This document shows positions 38,306 to 44,131 of a stretch of DNA of 44,131 bases, in pieces (the stretch's first letter is position 1; the number at the start of each line of letters is the position of its first letter). The stretch is from a virus. Its lineage: Duplodnaviria > Caudoviricetes. The stretch is from positions 1 through 44,131 of the IMG/VR virus record IMGVR_UViG_3300042807_000378, one strand, 5' to 3'. The position numbers and the translations under genes are program-made. Below the pieces are notes generated by a model that was given only the letters and a program-made list of their open reading frames with translations, did no database searches and was not told the origin of the DNA.

Positions 38306-38524
38306 ATGAAGATGTTCACAACAATCGCAGTAGCCACTGCATTTCTAGGTCTAGCCGCTTGTTCAAAGAACGAGCCGGTACCTGCACCAGCAGCACCAGT
38401 TGAAAACGCAGCCGCGCCGGCAGCAGCACCAGCTGATAATGCAACTGCTCCAGCAGCACCAGCTGACGCTTCACTAGGCGGTTCAGCTAAGCCAGCTGAA
38501 GGCGCAGCTACACAGCCTAAGTAA
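38306..38524 (+). CDS. Small Pro/Ala-rich lipoprotein, 72 aa
   Basis: RBS AGGAG at 38291. MKMFTTIAVATAFLGLAA|C has a canonical LAAC lipobox (Cys19, Ser at +2). The mature part has three AP(A)AP[VA][ED] repeats. Confidence 0.85.
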   Translation: MKMFTTIAVATAFLGLAACSKNEPVPAPAAPVENAAAPAAAPADNATAPAAPADASLGGSAKPAEGAATQPK

Positions 38525-38540
38525 CACGGAGTGCCGTGTG

Positions 38541-38563
38541 ACAGACTACTAAGTCTGTTTTTT
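38541..38563 (+). terminator. Rho-independent terminator of the lipoprotein gene
   Basis: ACAGACT-ACTA-AGTCTGT followed by a T run. Preceded by a second hairpin ACACGG-AGTG-CCGTGT (38524-38539). Confidence 0.8.
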
Positions 38564-38578
38564 AATGAAGTGTTGAGC

Positions 38579-38610
38579 AAAAGCCAGTATTTACGGATAC
38601 TGGCTTTTTT
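38579..38610 (+). repeat. 32-bp direct repeat copy 2, a terminator
   Basis: Exact copy of 38230-38261, 349 bp downstream. Confidence 0.95.
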
Positions 38611-38614
38611 GTGA

Positions 38615-38622
38615 CTTAAATA
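38615..38622 (+). promoter_or_regulatory. Putative late promoter CTTAAATA
   Basis: TAAATA core immediately after a terminator. ATG follows 5 nt later with no room for a Shine-Dalgarno sequence. Confidence 0.55.
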
Positions 38623-38627
38623 TAGCT

Positions 38628-38987
38628 ATGAGCACACGTCTTACACAAGCATTGGAATTTGCAAACTATAGAGTTACGCTGAATAATCAGCAAGCAGTAT
38701 TACGAGCCAAAACTCAAAGTTTGCTTAGTTATAGCATTAACGGTGGCACGTTTACTATTGATCGTACACTTCTTAATTTTTGCAAACTATTGTTAGAAGA
38801 ACAACAAACAGAGGCAGTACTGCTAGATATCTACAACAATCCTATTAAAATAGAAGTAAAAAGTTTTTATGATGAAGTACTCAGCCGTTACTTTGAAGTA
38901 ACTAATGACTATTACGCTGAGTATGAGAAACTACGCAAGTCACGCAAAGTACATAAGGTATTAGATCTCAATGAAGAAGGCAAATAA
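38628..38987 (+). CDS. Conserved hypothetical protein (possible tail-fibre assembly chaperone), 119 aa
   Basis: Intact helical-looking ORF (ALEFANY..TLNNQ; INGGTFTID; VLLDIYNNPIKI). Function is inferred from position only. Confidence 0.6.
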   Translation: MSTRLTQALEFANYRVTLNNQQAVLRAKTQSLLSYSINGGTFTIDRTLLNFCKLLLEEQQTEAVLLDIYNNPIKIEVKSFYDEVLSRYFEVTNDYYAEYEKLRKSRKVHKVLDLNEEGK

Positions 38988-39876
38988 TGGTCGCGGCATC
39001 ATTATGTTTGCCCACAACAACGCTGAAATTGATTACTTTAGATTAGCTGTAGTCAACAGCTTTCTAATTCAGCGTCACCTTGGCATTAAAAATATTACTG
39101 TAGTTACAGACTCTGCTAGCTTAGACTATGCAGAAAAAAGTTTAGGTAAAGCAACAATTGACAGTGCTATTAACAATATCATTGTTGTTGAAAAAGATAA
39201 AAAGTTTAAAGAACAAAATATTAGAACTTTTAAAGATACTAGTCATACTGCAAAGACATTAAGTTTTTACAACGTAAATCGTTGCGATGCATATGATTTG
39301 AGTCCTTATGAAGAAACCATATTACTTGATGTTGATTATCTAATACTAAGCAATACACTTAACCAGTGCTGGGGACATAATGAAGAATTAATGATGAACT
39401 GGAGATACCAGGACATTATGTACGAACGCAAAGACCCTACACTTAATCGCCTTAATGATTTCGGTATCACTATGTATTGGGCCACAGTAGTTTATTTTAG
39501 AAAGACGCCTTATGCAGAAAGTTTCTTTAATTGTGTAAAGCATGTTAAAAATAATAAACAATATTATCAAGATATGTATAAGTGGAAGGGCCACTTATAC
39601 AGAAATGATTACAGTTTTAGTATAGCAGCACATATAATGAGCGGATTTCAGGACAGAGGAATTCCTCAATTACCTACTACACTATACAAGACATTTGACA
39701 CTGATGACGTACATAGTGCAATTGATGACAGCACGATGATTATGTATTTAGAAAAGCCGCGTAGCCCGGGAGATTTTATGCTTACTAAATGGTCAGGCGT
39801 AGATTTACATGTAATGAATAAATGGGCCATTAACAGAATAAGTGAGGATATGTTAAGCCATGCCAAAAGAACATAA
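38971..39876 (+). CDS. GT-A fold glycosyltransferase-like protein (GT8/mannosyltransferase-like), 301 aa
   Basis: RGIIMFAHN..DY, LSPYEETILLDVDY (DxD motif) and YRNDYSFSIA. Paralogous to 41508-42371. Confidence 0.7.
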   Translation: MKKANNGRGIIMFAHNNAEIDYFRLAVVNSFLIQRHLGIKNITVVTDSASLDYAEKSLGKATIDSAINNIIVVEKDKKFKEQNIRTFKDTSHTAKTLSFYNVNRCDAYDLSPYEETILLDVDYLILSNTLNQCWGHNEELMMNWRYQDIMYERKDPTLNRLNDFGITMYWATVVYFRKTPYAESFFNCVKHVKNNKQYYQDMYKWKGHLYRNDYSFSIAAHIMSGFQDRGIPQLPTTLYKTFDTDDVHSAIDDSTMIMYLEKPRSPGDFMLTKWSGVDLHVMNKWAINRISEDMLSHAKRT

Positions 39877-40078
39877 AAAGTTCGCATGGTTACCATTACG
39901 AGTTACTAGCGGTGAAAAAGTATGGTTACGAAATTATTATGAACATTTAATTGATTATGATCCTAGCACAGGTAAACCTCCCATACATGGTGGTTGCTTT
40001 GTGTGGACTGAGCTTGAAGAAGAAAGAATTGTAAGATTACTTAAAGGCAAAAAAAATTATGTTAGAAACAATTTGTGA
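39860..40078 (+). CDS. Small hypothetical phage protein (FAWLP...VWL motif), 72 aa
   Basis: Overlaps both neighbours and fills the gap between them. Contains KFAWLPLRVTSGEKVWLRNYY. Confidence 0.65.
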   Translation: MPKEHKKFAWLPLRVTSGEKVWLRNYYEHLIDYDPSTGKPPIHGGCFVWTELEEERIVRLLKGKKNYVRNNL

Positions 40079-40706
40079 TACACTAGTAGAAGCGTATAGA
40101 CGTAATTGGATTACCAGCAGAGATGGTAATGTAAGTATTCGTCACCATGACCGTAATCATTTTTACATTACACCGAGCGGTGTACGTAAGCAAACACTAC
40201 AACCTGATCAATTTAAAAAGATTCAAATTAATCGTGTTCCGTATGCAGCCCCGCCATTTACACAGTACGGCTGGGAAGAAATATACTATTCAGACATTAG
40301 TGCAAATCTAAAGCCCAGCGGCGAGATTCCGTTGCACTTTGGCTTACAAAAAGAACTAGGTCAACACAGTAACGATGTGCGTGTAGTAATGCACTTGCAT
40401 CCTACTTATTGCGTAGCAGCCATGCACCGAGGTATTGAACTATCTGAGTTAGTAAAAGACTTTCCTGAGTTAGGACGTTATACTCGTGTAGCACCTAACG
40501 TACCAGATGTTCCACCTATCAGCGAAGAACTAGCAACCAAATGCCATGAAAGTTTAGCACTCGATAAAGATGGCAACATCGGATATGACATCGTAGGCAT
40601 TAAAGGACACGGTGTTGTTAGCATTGATACCAGTCCTTGGCGTGCAATGGAACACATTGAACGACTAGAACATATTTGTAAGATTGTCCTCGCTAGCAGA
40701 ATTTAA
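40059..40706 (+). CDS. Class II aldolase/adducin family protein (AraD/FucA/MtnB fold), 215 aa
   Basis: DGNVSIR, FYITPSG, KPSGEIPLH, VMHLHPTY (Zn-binding HxH) and IKGHGVV. Confidence 0.9.
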   Translation: MLETICDTLVEAYRRNWITSRDGNVSIRHHDRNHFYITPSGVRKQTLQPDQFKKIQINRVPYAAPPFTQYGWEEIYYSDISANLKPSGEIPLHFGLQKELGQHSNDVRVVMHLHPTYCVAAMHRGIELSELVKDFPELGRYTRVAPNVPDVPPISEELATKCHESLALDKDGNIGYDIVGIKGHGVVSIDTSPWRAMEHIERLEHICKIVLASRI

Positions 40707-40710
40707 ATTT

Positions 40711-41511
40711 ATGAAACACTTCAAACATATAATTACGTCAGGATGTAGTTTTACTGATGTACGAAACAATTATAATTGGCCGCTACATCTAAGCAAATCA
40801 TATGGAATAACAAGTAACCATGTTGGTCTAGGCAGTCAAGGTAACGGTCTAGTCGCTAGAAAGGCTGTATATGCTGTTCAAGCGGCACTACAGCAAGGTT
40901 ATAAACCTGAAGAAATTTTAGTTGGGATCATGTGGAGCGGACCAGATCGCCACGATATTTATTTTGAAAATTTGTCATCGCAAATAGAAAATACTGATCA
41001 TTGGATTAATAATCCAACTCATGTCGTAGATAATGACCCTGGCGGTTGGCTAATTATGAACCACCACTGGACAGAAAAAACAAACAAAATTTATTACACT
41101 CATGTACACGATCCTGTAAATCAACGAGTAATAACGCTTGAAAAAGTATTATGGCTTCAGAGCTATTTTGATAATTTAGGCATAAAGTATTTTATGACTG
41201 ATTTTATGACTGACCAATATATAGAAAAAGACTATGTTAATCCTAACCTTATTTGGCTACAAGAGTTAGTTGATAAAAATAAATGGTTGCCTGTAAAAAG
41301 TATGCACGAATGGTGTTACAAATACTGGACCGACGACGATTTTAAACTATTGCACCTAACATTAAATGACGGTACTAAAATTGAAGTTAGAGACTTCCAT
41401 CCTGATTCAAAAATGAATTCGCAATTCGTTAAGGAAATTATTTTACCTTTTATTAAAACAAACTTTGCAGATTATTACTGTCCTGAGTTTAAGGAGCATG
41501 TTTATCCGTGA
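40711..41511 (+). CDS. SGNH/GDSL-hydrolase-like protein, ~266 aa
   Basis: IITSGCSFT (block I), NHVGLGSQGN (block II), IMWSGPDR and C-terminal DFHP (block V). ATG 40711 follows the upstream stop at 40706. Confidence 0.65.
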   Translation: MKHFKHIITSGCSFTDVRNNYNWPLHLSKSYGITSNHVGLGSQGNGLVARKAVYAVQAALQQGYKPEEILVGIMWSGPDRHDIYFENLSSQIENTDHWINNPTHVVDNDPGGWLIMNHHWTEKTNKIYYTHVHDPVNQRVITLEKVLWLQSYFDNLGIKYFMTDFMTDQYIEKDYVNPNLIWLQELVDKNKWLPVKSMHEWCYKYWTDDDFKLLHLTLNDGTKIEVRDFHPDSKMNSQFVKEIILPFIKTNFADYYCPEFKEHVYP

Positions 41512-42371
41512 GTAGAGGTTATATAGTTATAGCACAAAATACTAAGTCTGTAGATTATCTCCAGCAGGCTTATGCTCTTGCGCTTAACTTAAAACTTACT
41601 CAAAGCACTGTTAACAACCTAACAGTTTGTGTAGATGCTGAAACTAAAAAGAAGATTACCAGTAAGCACAAGCAAGTATTTGATTACATAGTTGATATTC
41701 CGTGGCAGGATGATGCTGCGGCCGCAGACTGGAAGATTAACAACAAGTGGAAATACTTGTATATGACTCCGTATGATGAAACAGTTATACTTGACACTGA
41801 TATGATCTTTCCCAGCGATGTAAGTCACTGGTGGGATATATTAAGTCAACGTGATGTATGGGCTACTACTAAGGTACGTACCTTTCGAGGTGAAACTGTT
41901 AGCAGTAACTACTATAGAGAATATTTTGTAAAAAACAATTTACCTAATGTATATACAGCTTTCTTTTATTTTAAGAAAAGCGAACTGGCTAGTGAATTAT
42001 TTGCTATGACAGAAATTGTATTTCAGCATTGGCAGCGTTTCTTTTACAAGTACATGCCTGAAGGTAAACCTGATTGGTTAAGCGGAGATGTTGCGTTTGC
42101 ACTGGCTATGCAACTGCTAGGTATCGAACATGAGTGTACTCGAGAAAATATTGATGCTGTACCAACGTTCGTACATATGAAAAGTCACGTACAAAATGTT
42201 CCTACATCAGTTATAAGCCATAACTGGACTGAGACTATACCTACGTATTATAACAATTATAAAGATTTTAAAATAGGTAATTTTCAACAACTACTGCCTT
42301 TTCATTATGTAGAAAAGGATTGGCTTACCAAAGACATGATAAAACAAATGGAAAAAGATTATGGTATCTAA
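41508..42371 (+). CDS. GT-A fold glycosyltransferase-like protein, paralog 2, 287 aa
   Basis: RGYIVIAQN..DY, MTPYDETVILDTDM (DxD motif), NVYTAFFYFKKS and FVHMK. The GTG start overlaps the upstream TGA. Confidence 0.7.
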   Translation: MSRGYIVIAQNTKSVDYLQQAYALALNLKLTQSTVNNLTVCVDAETKKKITSKHKQVFDYIVDIPWQDDAAAADWKINNKWKYLYMTPYDETVILDTDMIFPSDVSHWWDILSQRDVWATTKVRTFRGETVSSNYYREYFVKNNLPNVYTAFFYFKKSELASELFAMTEIVFQHWQRFFYKYMPEGKPDWLSGDVAFALAMQLLGIEHECTRENIDAVPTFVHMKSHVQNVPTSVISHNWTETIPTYYNNYKDFKIGNFQQLLPFHYVEKDWLTKDMIKQMEKDYGI

Positions 42372-43005
42372 AGAAGCAGAAGAACGACGTTTACGATTTC
42401 AAGCAGCTAAAGAAGCAGCGGGCGGCCTCGCAGGTTTAATTAAACAGGAATTATCTAAAAAGCCAAAAGTATACTTTTTAGATGATGGTACTATTGTTTC
42501 CTTGAGCAAAGAAGATATTGATCTAAAAGACGGTTGGCAAGTAAGAGAGTTTGACAACGAGCAAGTTTCAATTTTGGAAAACAATAATTGGAGTTTGTTT
42601 TATGTTAAAAAAGATCAGCTAGTGGATAATCTTTACAGCATCGAATCTAGACCACTTGAAAGTGCTGTAGTATCAGCTGAAAATAATTCATTGCTATTGA
42701 TAGAATTAGGTTCTAAAAATTATGATTGTATGTGCAAGTTAACTAGCGCAGATTTTACTGTAAGTCTATCTAAAAAAATGTTAGAAAAATATGTCAATAT
42801 TGACTTGGCTACAGCAACAGTTAACGGACAAAAAGTACTCAAATTTTATTTTACTGCACCTAACGATCCGCATATTATGATACATAGTGAGTACATTTCG
42901 CTGAAATCACTATTAGAAAAACCTGTTACTATTAAAACAACATCAGACTTAACTCAGACAAGTATATACACTGTAAAAGCCTTTGATAAATATGTACGTA
43001 CTTAA
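42361..43005 (+). CDS. Hypothetical protein, 214 aa
   Basis: Intact ORF overlapping the upstream gene. No motif recognised. Confidence 0.7.
   Translation: MVSKEAEERRLRFQAAKEAAGGLAGLIKQELSKKPKVYFLDDGTIVSLSKEDIDLKDGWQVREFDNEQVSILENNNWSLFYVKKDQLVDNLYSIESRPLESAVVSAENNSLLLIELGSKNYDCMCKLTSADFTVSLSKKMLEKYVNIDLATATVNGQKVLKFYFTAPNDPHIMIHSEYISLKSLLEKPVTIKTTSDLTQTSIYTVKAFDKYVRT
42984..42992 (+). promoter_or_regulatory. Putative late promoter core TGATAAATA
   Basis: Exact match to the core of the three extended promoters, 34 nt before ATG 43027. Lacks the upstream AATTAA/TTTAA element. Confidence 0.55.
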
Positions 43006-43026
43006 TATCTTTAACAGGACGCACAC

Positions 43027-44025
43027 ATGGCTAAAATTGATGTTACCGAACTAGACATCTTCTATATTTCTTATGATGAGCCCAACGCAGAAGAAAACTG
43101 GGCTGATCTGCTAAACAAAGTGCCTTGGGCAAAGCGTGTACACGGTGTCAAAGGCTTTGACGCTGCTCATAAAGAGTGCGCTCGTCAAAGTGAGACCGAA
43201 CGATTTATTACTGTAGACGGTGACAACATCGTCATGGACGACTTCTTTGAACAGGTACTAGATGTACCTGATACAGATCATGACGGCAATAACATCAGTG
43301 AAAGCATTTTTAGCTGGAATGCTAAGAATCTACTAAACGGTCTTGTATACGGCAATGGTGGGCTCAAGTGCTGGCCTAAAGAGTATGCGCTACAGATGCA
43401 AACACACGAATCAGCTGACGATGGCGAAGGCATGGAGTTCTGTTGGAAGCTAAACTATATTCAACTAAACGATACATTCAGCGAAGTACACCAAACTGCT
43501 AGTCCTTTCCAGGCATTCCGCGCAGGATTCCGGGAAGGCGTAAAGATGAGTTTGGATCAAGGCAAGCGTGTTCGTGCCGATGAATTCAAAGACAAGATCT
43601 GGTGGGGTAACTATAACAGACTACAGACTTGGTGCAACATTGGCAGCGATGTTGAAAATGGCCTATGGGCTATTTACGGCGCACGTTTAGGTTGTAAGCT
43701 AACTGTATTATCAGATTGGGACACAAACCAAATTGCTGACTACGAGTGGTTTAAAGATTATTTCAATAAAGAAATTGTTCCGCAGTTTGCAGGACCAATT
43801 GTGTGTCGCTATACAAAGGTTGCATGGAGTAAAGAAGCACTATACGAAGCTATATGCGATCTAGGAAAAGAACTTAATGATGGCATTAATGAAATGATGC
43901 TTTTTAATCCTAATCCGCAAATGTGTAAGTTCTTTAAGAAAACTTTTGTTAACCCACGTCGTTGGGGCGTGATGATTCGTGAAAAGCAAATTCAAGAATT
44001 GTTAGAAAAAGGCTTGCTACAATAA
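43027..44025 (+). CDS. Glycosyltransferase-like protein (GT2-like GT-A fold), 332 aa
   Basis: DIFYISYDEPNAEENW..RVHGVKGFDAAH..FITVDGDN (DxD motif), LVYGNGGLK and AFRAGFREGVK. Confidence 0.7.
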   Translation: MAKIDVTELDIFYISYDEPNAEENWADLLNKVPWAKRVHGVKGFDAAHKECARQSETERFITVDGDNIVMDDFFEQVLDVPDTDHDGNNISESIFSWNAKNLLNGLVYGNGGLKCWPKEYALQMQTHESADDGEGMEFCWKLNYIQLNDTFSEVHQTASPFQAFRAGFREGVKMSLDQGKRVRADEFKDKIWWGNYNRLQTWCNIGSDVENGLWAIYGARLGCKLTVLSDWDTNQIADYEWFKDYFNKEIVPQFAGPIVCRYTKVAWSKEALYEAICDLGKELNDGINEMMLFNPNPQMCKFFKKTFVNPRRWGVMIREKQIQELLEKGLLQ

Positions 44026-44131
44026 TGATTCGCATTGATCAAATTTGTCGCAAAAATGTTCAAACTGTGCATGGTACAGAATATATTCTTATTGACAATT
44101 TTTTTGATGTAGATATTTTTAACAATGAGCA
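44025..44131 (+). CDS. Partial CDS running off the window (possibly a 2OG-Fe(II) oxygenase N-terminus)
   Basis: TAATG overlap. MIRIDQICRKNVQTVHGTEYILIDNFFDVDIFNNE is open to the end. ILIDNFFD resembles the first strand of 2OG oxygenases, which is weak evidence. Confidence 0.5.
   Translation, partial: MIRIDQICRKNVQTVHGTEYILIDNFFDVDIFNNE

Noticed and set aside
38260-38580. 106-aa antisense ORF spanning the lipoprotein cassette
   Set aside because: It mirrors the GC-rich Ala/Pro codons. The plus strand has the RBS, lipobox, promoter and terminator.
38230-38610. Mini CRISPR array (two 32-bp palindromic repeats)
   Set aside because: The intervening 317 bp contain a gene, the repeats have terminator structure (UNCG loop, T6 tail), and there are no cas genes in the window.
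1-44131. Stop-codon reassignment (the called genes end in TAA or TGA, not TAG)
   Set aside because: Genes are full length and tightly packed under code 11 with no in-frame TAG or TGA breaks. TAG scarcity fits AT-rich phage bias.
1-44131. tRNA or rRNA genes
   Set aside because: Intergenic gaps are short and none shows a cloverleaf or T-loop consensus.

Overview
The window is a ~44 kb piece of a large, AT-rich myophage genome (jumbo-like, distantly T4-related) using the standard genetic code. Positions 125-38153 are a late baseplate/tail operon: tube-initiator-like protein, gp53-like LysM wedge, hub with a C-terminal lytic transglycosylase, gp5-like spike with an apparently degenerate lysozyme, gp25, gp6-like wedge, a 7,103-aa gp7-like/receptor-binding protein with YHYH, glycine-zipper and PA14 modules, and three more virion proteins. 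A four-gene minus-strand island with consensus sigma70 promoters interrupts the operon at 7356-8877. A small Pro/Ala-rich lipoprotein gene sits between two identical 32-bp terminators (38230-38610). It is followed by a late-promoter-driven cluster of three glycosyltransferase-like genes, a class II aldolase and an SGNH-like protein. The most notable signals are: (i) a fixed-spacing 33-bp late promoter AATTAA-N7-TTTAA-N6-TGATAAATA found three times; (ii) start codons exactly 5 nt after the late box, suggesting leaderless late mRNAs; (iii) the terminator-flanked lipoprotein cassette; (iv) a Cys-rich, membrane-helix plus lectin insert in the giant virion protein; (v) abundant [AGS]-N-x-[ST] sequons in virion proteins next to late glycosyltransferases, hinting at phage-encoded virion glycosylation. 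All family assignments come from motif recognition by eye, not from database searches.
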